From positions 1 to 64,000 of the forward strand of contig CBEUCH010000017.1 of the NCBI GenBank assembly GCA_965541585.1: DNA of 64,000 nt, written 5' to 3'. Of this stretch, positions 38,446 to 47,507 are shown piece after piece. Both the position numbers and the translations under genes were made by a program. The DNA comes from an uncultured bacterium (GTDB taxonomy: Bacteria; Zixibacteria; MSB-5A5; UBA10806). The notes below the pieces were generated by a model, which was not told the DNA's origin, did no database searches, and saw only the letters and a program-made list of their open reading frames with translations. Each line of letters starts with the position of its first letter. Position 1 is the stretch's first letter.

Positions 38446-38631
38446 CTAAAACATCTCCCCCAGCCTGGCGGCGATGGACTCCAGGAGCTTCTCATCGCCG
38501 TCGCTGAAGGCGTTCAACTTATCAGAATCAATATCGATCTCTCCCTTGACCTGATCTCCAATCATAATCGGGACTACTATTTCGGATTTAGTTTCAATGG
38601 AGCATGCCAGATACCTGGGATCGGTGCTGAC
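38446..38631 (-). pseudogene. Displaced 3' fragment of the GAF gene (direct repeat of 43070-43255)
   Basis: 179/186 nt identical by manual alignment; no 5' part. Confidence 0.9.
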
Positions 38632-38731
38632 GGTGATCACTCCCTGACGGCCACTTTGACTTTTATGGAGGCTGCTTTGTAACCAGGGTTGATTCCGGGG
38701 CTAATCCGAAGAAGTTCAAAACCGTCGCAGG

Positions 38732-39202
38732 TCAGTCGTCTGCACCCGGCCGTAAGATTCTTTTCTTGACTCTCTCGGGCAGTAATTGCCCGATAAGTTC
38801 CTTGATATCCGCGCCTCCCCGGATATTCAGCCAGACCATTCTCTCATGGGATTCAAAGACAAGTTCATAGGTCAGGAAGACGCAGCATTTACGTTCAAAA
38901 ATGACGAATTCAACGAGGGCCTCGATCTTTTCGTCCGTGCCCTCAAATCCGAGACCGTATCCGTCCGATAGTTCCGCGAGAGCCCGTATATCGGCCAGCG
39001 CCCTGATGTCGGCTGCTCGTTTATCCGGGTTTCGCGCAATCTCGAGAAAGCAGGTATTCCGAGGCGACCTCTTTCCACTATCCCGCTCTTCCGCCGCGGC
39101 CGTCGGGACTACAAAATCGATCCGGTAAAACGTCGGCACCAGCATCATAATTACTATCAATCCTCCGAGCCGTCCGGCTCCAGGGCGGCATAATATATTC
39201 AT
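38732..39202 (-). CDS. Hypothetical protein with FERKCC motif
   Basis: aaggagagg RBS, hydrophobic N-terminus, vicinal Cys pair. Confidence 0.65.
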   Translation of the reverse strand: MNILCRPGAGRLGGLIVIMMLVPTFYRIDFVVPTAAAEERDSGKRSPRNTCFLEIARNPDKRAADIRALADIRALAELSDGYGLGFEGTDEKIEALVEFVIFERKCCVFLTYELVFESHERMVWLNIRGGADIKELIGQLLPERVKKRILRPGADD

Positions 39203-39781
39203 GTTCCTCTCCTTTCGTGATGCCCGATTTGCAGGCCGCAGTATGCTACACCAAACTGCAGATCATTATAATCCGCAAAAACTTAATATTCCTCGAACAT
39301 CTGCTATGTTGAATTAACCGACTCGGCTCCCATTTGTCAAGTCTGTTGTCCGATGCGGGCGTCAGGGCGGGGAGTACCGTCAGGTTGTCATTAACTCGAT
39401 AATATAGGATTGGATTGCAACATTTTCTTGAAACCGGTTTGACGGTTATTAAATTAGGCTGATACTGCATCACGCATGACAATATCACATTGGGTCAGAC
39501 TATACTTCTGCCGGGCCTCGCCAAAAGAGATGTTATAATGTATCCGGGTCGCAAAAAAGTTTAATAAATATCTTGACACGGTTGCCGCATACTGCTTAAG
39601 TTGACCTTTGTATAACAGCAAATCTTTACCCTCCCCCCGGGTATGGCTATGCACCAGGATTTTCCGGCTGTTTGCGTTAAGCTCATTGGCGATACGCAGG
39701 TGCCTTCGATGAAGGATTCGGTTGATTTGCACATTGTAATACTTTTGACCCGGGATATAAATTCTTTGGAGATTTCACAGC

Positions 39782-40627
39782 GTGCGTCCGAGAATCGTTG
39801 AATATCTAAATAATATAACCGGGATCGATATTTTCGGCTGGCTTGTTCCCGATCCGTCGGTAATTTATGCTTTTTCATTCGTGCTGGTGGTGATAGTCTT
39901 CGTGCGGCGATGCAAAACCGCCGGATTAGAGATCCGCGTCGCCCTGGATATCGCTTTCTGGGGATCTATTTGTGCATTCATATTCGCCCGCCTTTTTTAT
40001 CTTTTCATTTATCAGGAGGGTGGTTCCCTGAGGCCGGCCGATTTGCTGTCATCCGGCGGAACTGCTTCCTGGGGAGTGTATACGGGCGTTTTCACCGGAG
40101 CCGTTCTTTATCTGCTAATCAGGAAACGGCGGATACTTCCTTATCTCGACATTATCGCCGCCAGTTTGCCTTTAAGCACCTTCGTCGGCAGATGGAGTTG
40201 TTTTATGTATGGCTGTGATTACGGAACCCGCACAGATGTCGCCTGGGGGGTTCGTTACCCTTTCGCAAGTAAAGCCTTCGCCGCACATTTAGGCGACGGC
40301 CTGGTAATGCCGGATTCTCAACTATCTGCGGCGGTTCATCCAAACCAGATTTATCTTTCGATTAACGCATTGATCTTGTTTATTATAATATCCCGTTTCT
40401 GGAGCAACAACAGATCAAAGCCCGGATTGACTTTTGCCTTTTACTTGACAGCCTACGGAATATCTCGTTTTTTCCTCGAATTCTTCCGGGACGACGCCGG
40501 CTCCGGACCGATTTCGGCATTAAACCTGCCCCAGACAATATGCCTGATTTCAATCTTCTTCGGAATAGGATGGATTGTTTATCTGCATTATGGCGCTAGA
40601 GAATTCGCTCACGCCAGAGGAATTTAA
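39782..40627 (+). CDS. Prolipoprotein diacylglyceryl transferase (Lgt) family protein
   Basis: About 7 TM; ARLFY, GRWSCFMYGCDYG, HPNQIY, YGISRFFLEFFR. Confidence 0.85.
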   Translation: MRPRIVEYLNNITGIDIFGWLVPDPSVIYAFSFVLVVIVFVRRCKTAGLEIRVALDIAFWGSICAFIFARLFYLFIYQEGGSLRPADLLSSGGTASWGVYTGVFTGAVLYLLIRKRRILPYLDIIAASLPLSTFVGRWSCFMYGCDYGTRTDVAWGVRYPFASKAFAAHLGDGLVMPDSQLSAAVHPNQIYLSINALILFIIISRFWSNNRSKPGLTFAFYLTAYGISRFFLEFFRDDAGSGPISALNLPQTICLISIFFGIGWIVYLHYGAREFAHARGI

Positions 40628-40659
40628 CCATTAAAAGAAGGAAGGAGGGAATTATCCGG

Positions 40660-41910
40660 ATGTTTAAAGCGTATACTAGACAGATACTGATGCTTGGAAT
40701 CCTCGTCGCCGCGATTCTACAGTTCGGCGCCAATTGCGATTGCGAGCAACCTGTTATCGACTCCATGACCCCTGGTTCAGGGCCCGGAGGAACGATTGTC
40801 GAGGTCGTTTACTCGAAAGGCGGCTTGAGTGGGACGATCGAATACGATGGTGCTTTAGTGGAAACACGTAACGCAGGAAATCTGGGAATCGGCAAGACGC
40901 TTTTCTTCACCATTCCGTATGGTGCGACAGCCGGAGGAAAGAACGTCAGGGTGTATTCCGGAGGGAAGTACTCGGCCGCCCAGACGTTCAACGTAACAGG
41001 CTCCGCGGCCGTGCCAACCCCGGCCATCGACGGTTATGCATTCGGCAACGCCCAGGGTACCGAACTCACTATTTTCGGCAGCAATTTCAGCACTTTAACC
41101 GAGGTATTCATCGGCGGGGTGGAGGTCGCCGGCTATTCGGGGTCATCGCTTCCGTTACGGCAGATACCGCACGGTTTTGTCGACAATCTGATCATCTGCA
41201 AGCCGGCTTCCAATTTCGTTGCGGGAACATCTTACGGTGTACAGGCGCGGAATCCCGGCGGCATTAATTCCAGCACGGTTAATTTCACGTTCCCCGGCAG
41301 GGTTTGCGACATGGAATTCGACGCCATAACCGGCACGCCGGTTCCGGACTATTACGTCTGGCAGAACAACACGGTAAACACGATCAGACGAAGCTACAGC
41401 GAGTGCGGCTGGGTGATTGAGTTGGCCTATGACGACACTTCGCTGGTGGACCCGCTTCCCGGTACGCCTTTCTCCTTTGCCGATCTGTACAGTTTCTGGC
41501 AGGCCAACGCCGCACCGACGGCAGGATGCTATATGCATGGGGCGTTTATTCCGGACGGTCCCGGGCCTCGCGGAGTCATGTATATGAACATCTTTAGCAC
41601 CCCCAGTCTGCCCGCGGCCAATCGCCGGCAGGGCTTTGGCGTCTTCTGGGACGATTTCGCAGGCTACGCCGATAGAATGCAGAAATACTTCAGAACTACT
41701 CTTCACGAATCGGGGCATGGATTTAATTGCTTGCACGGCGATGCCAGCGCAAGCCAGACCCTGATGACCACAACGCCGTCGCTGGCCGCGGGGTGGCATT
41801 GCTTCTTCTCCACCACGAGCTGTCCTCATCTGAGCGGTCACACTCTCAACGCAGTCTGTCCCGGTGGAGAAGCCTTTGGCTCGTCACGTTCTTGCAACTC
41901 TTTGCATTGA
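40660..41910 (+). CDS. Exported IPT/TIG-domain zinc metalloprotease (metzincin-like), possible lipoprotein
   Basis: Signal peptide ending FGAN-CDC; PVIDSMTPGSGPGGT and LTIFGSNF IPT-like motifs; HESGHGFNCLH plus TLMT Met-turn. Confidence 0.75.
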   Translation: MFKAYTRQILMLGILVAAILQFGANCDCEQPVIDSMTPGSGPGGTIVEVVYSKGGLSGTIEYDGALVETRNAGNLGIGKTLFFTIPYGATAGGKNVRVYSGGKYSAAQTFNVTGSAAVPTPAIDGYAFGNAQGTELTIFGSNFSTLTEVFIGGVEVAGYSGSSLPLRQIPHGFVDNLIICKPASNFVAGTSYGVQARNPGGINSSTVNFTFPGRVCDMEFDAITGTPVPDYYVWQNNTVNTIRRSYSECGWVIELAYDDTSLVDPLPGTPFSFADLYSFWQANAAPTAGCYMHGAFIPDGPGPRGVMYMNIFSTPSLPAANRRQGFGVFWDDFAGYADRMQKYFRTTLHESGHGFNCLHGDASASQTLMTTTPSLAAGWHCFFSTTSCPHLSGHTLNAVCPGGEAFGSSRSCNSLH

Positions 41911-41947
41911 GCCTTGTAAAATGAAAACCAAAGTAAGGAGTAAGCCG

Positions 41948-42838
41948 ATGCGAAAAACGTCACTTCTGGTTCTGGCGGCCGTCATCTGTTTGATTTCTTC
42001 GGCGACCGCGCAGGACAGTATTAGAGTTGCGGTGGAAGCGGAGAAAACGGACTTTTTATTGGGCGAGCCGGTTGCCGTCTATGTCACGATCACGAATACC
42101 GGGACCCAGGATATCCGGGTTTATTCGGAGGTTGGGCCGGAGTTCGATGGAAGCTATTATTTCATCACCGATCCCGATGGCAACACACGGGCGTTTTCTC
42201 CGATATTCGTCGCCGAACCGGATGATCTCAGGACGCTCAGGCAAAACCAGAGCGTAAAAGGAGGCGGTCAAATATCCTACGGCGGCGAAGGATATTACTT
42301 TCCGAAACCGGGGAATTATGAAGTCGTCGTCCATTACAAAGGAGTTCAATCGGATCCTCTGCAGCTCACCGTTCTTTCTCCTCAAAACCAGGCGGAGCAA
42401 GAACAGGCCGATCTGATACTCGATCATCCCGAGGTCGGGCTATTCCTGGCCCTTGAGGGCGGCGATTTTCTCGAAGACGCCCTGGCACAAATCGAAACGC
42501 TTTCCGGCAAATATCCTAATTCGTTGATCACCTCCCACATGCTTTATGCCAAGGCGAAAAATCTATCCGTACCGGCCCGTAATTTTACTACCGGGAAACC
42601 CCGGGACGCAGACTTTCCCGGAGCCATAGGTATCCTGAATACCCTTAAGGATAGAAATCTGCCGTTATTCTATCAGAGTCGCGTATTCGGGACTCTCTCC
42701 CTCTGCCTCGAGAAAACGGGAAGAAAAAACGAGGCGGTAGAGACTTACCGCGAGTTCCAGAGAAAACTGGAATTGAACGAACGGCTGAAACCTTTTCACA
42801 TTGAAAAGATCCAGAAGGAGCTGAGAAGGCTTCAGTAG
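41948..42838 (+). CDS. Hypothetical exported protein (beta-sandwich-like N-terminus, TPR-like C-terminus)
   Basis: aaggag RBS; signal peptide ending ATA-Q; LGEPVAVYVTITN, FPKPGNYEV. Confidence 0.72.
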   Translation: MRKTSLLVLAAVICLISSATAQDSIRVAVEAEKTDFLLGEPVAVYVTITNTGTQDIRVYSEVGPEFDGSYYFITDPDGNTRAFSPIFVAEPDDLRTLRQNQSVKGGGQISYGGEGYYFPKPGNYEVVVHYKGVQSDPLQLTVLSPQNQAEQEQADLILDHPEVGLFLALEGGDFLEDALAQIETLSGKYPNSLITSHMLYAKAKNLSVPARNFTTGKPRDADFPGAIGILNTLKDRNLPLFYQSRVFGTLSLCLEKTGRKNEAVETYREFQRKLELNERLKPFHIEKIQKELRRLQ

Positions 42839-42840
42839 GC

Positions 42841-42871
42841 GAAGGGGCCGCCTTCGGGCGGCCCTCCCTTT
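42841..42871 (+). terminator. Intrinsic terminator of the island operon
   Basis: GGGGCCGCC-TTCG-GGCGGCCCT followed by ccctttaaaa. Confidence 0.7.
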
Positions 42872-43069
42872 AAAATCCTGAGATCGGGACTGTCAGGCTT
42901 TGCCTTTGATCGCCCGATCTATAGAATTCTATATAAGCTTTTTGCTGCTTTTCCCTCAGGATGGAAGCCTTCGACATCCTGAGGGCAATTGTCTCATCAA
43001 GCAGGCGTCAGGTCCTACGGATCCGTAGGAATGTCATTTCATTTCCATCCTCACGCAAAAGAGTCAGCC

Positions 43070-43552
43070 CTAAAACATCTCCCCTAACCTGGCGGCTATA
43101 GTCTCCAGGAGCTTCTCATCGCCGTCGCTGAAGGCGTTCAACTTATCAGAATCAATATCGATCTCTCCCTTGACCTGATCTCCAATCATAATCGGGACTA
43201 CTATCTCAGATTTAGTTTCAATGGAGCATGCCAGATACCTGGGATCGGTGCTGACATCCGGGATAACAATAGTTCTTTTGGCGCGGGCGGCGGCCCCGCA
43301 AATGCCCTCATTAACCGGAATTTCGCCATGCTGAGACGGTTTTCCCCTGTAAGGCCCTAATCTTAAAACATCGTCGTCATCCAGTATATAAATCCCCACC
43401 CAGTTATAATGGGGGACGCTGGCGTATAAGAGCCCGACAACCGCCTCCATTGCCGATTGGCTATTCGATGCCGTCTTGATAAAATCATCGGCGACCATTG
43501 CTATCCTGGATTTGGAGATATCTTCTAAAAACTCATCGGTCATCGTTTCCAT
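43070..43552 (-). CDS. GAF-domain protein, free methionine-R-sulfoxide reductase (MsrC/YebR)-like
   Basis: NWVGIY, LGPYRG, GICG, YLACS, SEIVVP, IDIDS. Confidence 0.8.
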   Translation of the reverse strand: METMTDEFLEDISKSRIAMVADDFIKTASNSQSAMEAVVGLLYASVPHYNWVGIYILDDDDVLRLGPYRGKPSQHGEIPVNEGICGAAARAKRTIVIPDVSTDPRYLACSIETKSEIVVPIMIGDQVKGEIDIDSDKLNAFSDGDEKLLETIAARLGEMF

Positions 43553-44547
43553 TCCTTGACAGCGTTGCTGAGTGCAAACAGGTTCTCATCCGGGGTATTT
43601 ACCTTTACCGCGCACCCCGGGCCAATCATCAACCTCCCCGGCGGGGAGTCGCGAAAAGAATTCTCGATCTGACTTCTTATCTGGTCTTCCGAACCGTTTA
43701 TCAGTACGCCGTTCTGATCGATTCCTGTGAGAAATATCTTATCGGTGATCTGGGCCGCCTGGTGGATCGATAAATTTCCGGCCTCGAAGGGATTCCAGCT
43801 TAGAACCGGGACGGGATAATCCCTGAAAAGCGGTAACATATTGTTGGCTTTACAGACGTGGACAACATTGAATATGCCACTGCCGGCCGCCTGAAGTACC
43901 CGCAGGTCATAGGGACGTCCGAATTCGAGATATTGCTCCTCTGTTATACGATCGCGGCTGGCCCATTCGGTAGTCGCAAAGAAAATCCCCGCCATACCTA
44001 TCTGCATGAATTCCCCGACATAACCGCTGAAAGTAGCAGTAATCGATTCCAGGGTCTTATGAAGATCGTCAGGCGCCTCGTGCATCATCTCTATGAAACG
44101 TCCCTCATCCTTTATCAAGTCCCCGGCAATTGATAACGGTGAAAAGATTGTGGGAAGACAGAACACCTCCGATCCTGTTTGAGCCAGTATCTCTTTCCCG
44201 GCGTTCAGGGTCTCGCCCAGGGCTCCTGATCTCCAATCAAGCGGTTTTATTTTCTCCCAATCCGATTTTTCAGCAACCGGATAGATTTCGGGCGATGGTT
44301 TCACCATAGAATCATTCGAATATCGGAACCTCATCCCCCAGTCTTCGACATGGTATGATGCCCGCGAATTGATCTTGATAAAATCCCAATCATACTTCCT
44401 CTGAAAACCGATCATCGATTTAACCAGATCCGGTTTTGTATTCTCCTTATCGAAGAAATGTCTCCATGCGGAAACAACGGGGCGGTCTACCTCCCGCCCC
44501 TCAAGGACTCTCTTGACACGTTCCTTATGTGTTAATTGCTCTCTCAT
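43540..44547 (-). CDS. Uroporphyrinogen decarboxylase family protein (URO-D/MtaA-like)
   Basis: DRPVVSAWRHF, TIFSPLS, VVHVC, IGPGC. Confidence 0.8.
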   Translation of the reverse strand: MREQLTHKERVKRVLEGREVDRPVVSAWRHFFDKENTKPDLVKSMIGFQRKYDWDFIKINSRASYHVEDWGMRFRYSNDSMVKPSPEIYPVAEKSDWEKIKPLDWRSGALGETLNAGKEILAQTGSEVFCLPTIFSPLSIAGDLIKDEGRFIEMMHEAPDDLHKTLESITATFSGYVGEFMQIGMAGIFFATTEWASRDRITEEQYLEFGRPYDLRVLQAAGSGIFNVVHVCKANNMLPLFRDYPVPVLSWNPFEAGNLSIHQAAQITDKIFLTGIDQNGVLINGSEDQIRSQIENSFRDSPPGRLMIGPGCAVKVNTPDENLFALSNAVKEWKR

Positions 44548-44702
44548 GTTTTATCCGATTGCCTGCCCGATCTTAAACTGACCCGATATTCCCTATCATT
44601 ACATTCAACCGACGGTCATATAATGCAATCAGACTTTTCCTGTCAATAGCGACCTGCAAGTTAGATATTCCACGTTTCAGGGGAGTCGGCAGAATTTCAT
44701 GC

Positions 44703-46541
44703 TTATCCACTCTTCAGACTCTCGACTATCCTGACGCTGGTTTCATAACGACCAAATGAAGGCATCAGATATATGCCGGCGACCAGGTCTCTGACTTCAT
44801 CTATGAACATTACTGCAATCTCCTCCCCCACATTTGCTGACTTCTCGCCGGCCTTTTCCATAGTTTGTCTTATATCCTCCGGTATGTCGATTCCGGGAAC
44901 CTCGTTGTGTAAGAACTGCGCATGCTTGAAACTTACCAGAGGCAACACTCCCAGCATAATGGGAACACCCGATATATTCAGTTTATCCAGAAACCGACGG
45001 AGTAAGTCGCTTTCATATAGCGGTTGGGTCATGATATACTGGCCACCCGCATCAAGTTTTTCTCGCAGGCGCGATACCTCTGCATCGAGATCCGGGTTTG
45101 CCGGATTGGCGGCCACGCCGATCGAAAACTCCGTCGGTTTTCCAATAGAATTGCCGGCAAAATCATTACCAGAATTCAGCCTGGCAATGATTTTCACAAG
45201 ACCGATAGAATCAACGTCATAAACGGCGGTGGCCTGAGGATAATCGCCTATGGATGGCGGGTCGCCGGTAAGAGCCAATATATTCCGAATGCCTATGGCG
45301 TTGGCCCCGATCAAATCGGATTGCAGACCCATCAGATTCCTGTCTCGCGTGGTGAAATGAAGGATAATATCGATATCCACCGACGATGAGATCAGGTACG
45401 CGAGAGCCAGACAGCTCATTCTAACCCTGGCCATGGGAGAATCGGCTATATTGACGGCGTCGGCGCCGGCGTCCTTTAGTTTTAGAGCCGCTTCGAGCAT
45501 CTTGGCGGGATTGGTGCCCTTGGGAGGGTCTATTTCCACCGATATAGCAAATTGTCTTTTCAATGTTTCGAAAAACCTGGTGGAAGAACCGCGGCCAGGC
45601 TTGACCGCAGGTAATCGATCGAGCTCTTTTACTTTCACCGTGGGCGTCCGCTTTTCCACGGTCGAATCCTTCACGGCCTTGGATAATGCGGCTATATGTT
45701 CCGGCGTTGTGCCGCAGCAGCCACCGACTATACAGGCACCGGCTTTCACGAAGGCTCTGGCAAAATCGCCAAAATAATCCGGGGATGATAGATAAACGAA
45801 TCTTCCGCCAAAATACCTCGGCAGACCGGCATTGGGCTGGGCTGAAATATAGGGCACCCCGAGTTCTGAAAGCTGCTCAACGGCCTCCAGCATTTTCTGT
45901 GGCCCGACAGAGCAATTGGTGCCCATCACGTCTACATCGAGCGGCAAAAGACGAGCGGCCATCTCCGCCGGAGTAGTGCCAAAATAGGTGGTACCCTCGG
46001 TGGTAAAAGTCATCTGGGCGACAATAGGCAGGTCTGCAACGGACCTGACGGCGGAAACTGCAGCCACTATTTCGTCGATGCTGGAAATTGTCTCGATCAT
46101 GAAGAGGTCGACACCACCTTCGAGTAAGGCCTCCGCCTGTTCTACGAACGCTTCTCTGGCTTCCTCGACCTTGATTTTACCCAGCGGCTCGATCGGTTTT
46201 CCCAACGGACCTATTGAACCGGCGACCAGCACATCGATGCCGCTAATTTCTCTTGCTTCGCGAGCGATCTTAGCTCCCTTTAAGCTTATCTCTCTGACAA
46301 GATGCTCCAATCCATGGCTGGCAAGTCTGAAACGATTGCCACCGAATGTGTTCGTCTCTATAATCTCTGCACCGGCACTTATATATTCGCGATGAACTTC
46401 CTCCACCAAGTCCGGCCGTGAAACGCAGAGCTCATCAAGACAGCGATCGTATGAGATCCCTCTTTGATTGAGATAGGTTCCCATGGCGCCGTCGCAAACC
46501 AATACTCCCGCGTCCAGCCGCTTTTTGAGATCGATTCTCAT
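44703..46541 (-). CDS. yitJ: Bifunctional homocysteine S-methyltransferase / methylenetetrahydrofolate reductase
   Basis: DGAMGT, GTNCS, GGCCGT zinc motif; VEIDPP, DSPMARVRMS, TGDPP. Confidence 0.9.
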   Translation of the reverse strand: MRIDLKKRLDAGVLVCDGAMGTYLNQRGISYDRCLDELCVSRPDLVEEVHREYISAGAEIIETNTFGGNRFRLASHGLEHLVREISLKGAKIAREAREISGIDVLVAGSIGPLGKPIEPLGKIKVEEAREAFVEQAEALLEGGVDLFMIETISSIDEIVAAVSAVRSVADLPIVAQMTFTTEGTTYFGTTPAEMAARLLPLDVDVMGTNCSVGPQKMLEAVEQLSELGVPYISAQPNAGLPRYFGGRFVYLSSPDYFGDFARAFVKAGACIVGGCCGTTPEHIAALSKAVKDSTVEKRTPTVKVKELDRLPAVKPGRGSSTRFFETLKRQFAISVEIDPPKGTNPAKMLEAALKLKDAGADAVNIADSPMARVRMSCLALAYLISSSVDIDIILHFTTRDRNLMGLQSDLIGANAIGIRNILALTGDPPSIGDYPQATAVYDVDSIGLVKIIARLNSGNDFAGNSIGKPTEFSIGVAANPANPDLDAEVSRLREKLDAGGQYIMTQPLYESDLLRRFLDKLNISGVPIMLGVLPLVSFKHAQFLHNEVPGIDIPEDIRQTMEKAGEKSANVGEEIAVMFIDEVRDLVAGIYLMPSFGRYETSVRIVESLKSG

Positions 46542-46550
46542 CTGCAGTGG

Positions 46551-46579
46551 ATTTTAGCTGAAAATCAATATTCTGTCAA
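46551..46579 (-). promoter_or_regulatory. sigma70-type promoter, near-leaderless yitJ transcript
   Basis: Minus strand TTGACA-17 bp-TAAAAT, only 9 nt before the ATG; no SD sequence. Confidence 0.65.
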
Positions 46580-46741
46580 CAATGGTCAGGTTCCCGGGTA
46601 GCTTTTGTCTGAGGATCTGGCTCTTTGGTCGTACAGGGCCCGAACACCCGTTCTGTAACGGTGATCCATCGTGAGGGCCCTATGGCAGCTCCCATTGCCG
46701 CCCTGGGGTCCCGACGCATATCCGGAACAGGACTTGGATTG
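46580..46741. ncRNA. Candidate structured RNA (6S-like rod with central bubble)
   Basis: End pairing gttcc/ggaac, gtc/gac, ggatct/gggtcc; apical stems AGGGCCC/GGGCCCT and ccgtt/aacgg. Confidence 0.4.
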
Positions 46742-46780
46742 ATGATGTATGAGAATTAATTAATAAAAGAAGAGTTCTGA

Positions 46781-47254
46781 TCAATTGCCCAGGGTTTCAA
46801 GGATACCGAGAATGCTATTATTTTCCCCGGTCGAGCCGGGGAAATAGCTTTCCCTGGTAGGAACGCGCCAGTTGACAGGCGATTTGGTGTTGTTGCAGAG
46901 GAAGTATTTGACGGTTCTCTTAAGTCTCTCGGAGAAAGCCAGGGCGCCTTCTCTGGGAGTTTCAATAAGTAGAATTGCCATCTTCCCTGAACCGTCATTT
47001 GAAAGAAGGTCCGTTTCCCTGATTGATTTTTTCACCAGATCACCGAGACCGAAATGAAATTGATCGAGATCGGAGAAATTCTCGATCTCGCCGTAAGAAT
47101 TGATATGGGAAATGTCCAGAAGGACTAACGAAATAAACGTGGGGTATCTTTTCGCCCGCCTTATCTCTTCGGTCGCCCGGGCTTTGAAAATCTCCAGATT
47201 ATTGTACATCGATTCGAGATCCGGTGAATTTGCATTTGTTGTCATTTTATCCAT
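46781..47254 (-). CDS. Stand-alone degenerate GGDEF-domain protein
   Basis: EEIRRAKRY, SLVLLDI, RETD I-site; GGDEF motif replaced by GSGKM. Confidence 0.75.
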   Translation of the reverse strand: MDKMTTNANSPDLESMYNNLEIFKARATEEIRRAKRYPTFISLVLLDISHINSYGEIENFSDLDQFHFGLGDLVKKSIRETDLLSNDGSGKMAILLIETPREGALAFSERLKRTVKYFLCNNTKSPVNWRVPTRESYFPGSTGENNSILGILETLGN

Positions 47255-47322
47255 CCGACAGGCTTCGGCACCTCATCTATTTCGAGGCTGTCGAACCGGC
47301 TAATTTAATTCACTTATCGAAT

Positions 47323-47338
47323 AGCAAAATGAATGCCG
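47323..47338 (-). promoter_or_regulatory. sigma54 (-24/-12) promoter
   Basis: Minus strand CGGCAT-TCATT-TTGCT (GG-N10-GC). Confidence 0.65.
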
Positions 47339-47507
47339 CTATCGGAAGAGGAGCAGGAGGCGATCATTGACGTGGAGAGCCAGCCCTATTTTATTATATA
47401 CGAATAAGTTACACTCAAATTCATTCTCGTCTGCATAGAAGAAACCGGGCCAGTCAAGCCAGCCCGGCTTTTGCATTTTGCAAAAACTTTCACATATAGT
47501 GCATGGT

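Larger units (their letters stand above)
38446..43255. mobile_element. Putative genomic island/islet flanked by 186-bp direct repeats
   Basis: Duplicated 3' gene end on both sides of four accessory genes; no integrase inside. Confidence 0.6.

Noticed and set aside
39183..39210. dif-like GGGCGGCATAA-TATATT-CATGTT
   Set aside because: Spacing is off by one, the right arm is poor, and it overlaps a start codon and RBS
38446..43255. GAF 3' duplication as a DGR template/variable repeat pair
   Set aside because: No reverse transcriptase nearby; the differences are mostly synonymous and not adenine-specific
46580..46741. Cobalamin or SAM riboswitch for yitJ
   Set aside because: Only fragments (CTGTA, GAGCCAGA) match, core motifs are absent, and the region lies upstream of yitJ's own promoter
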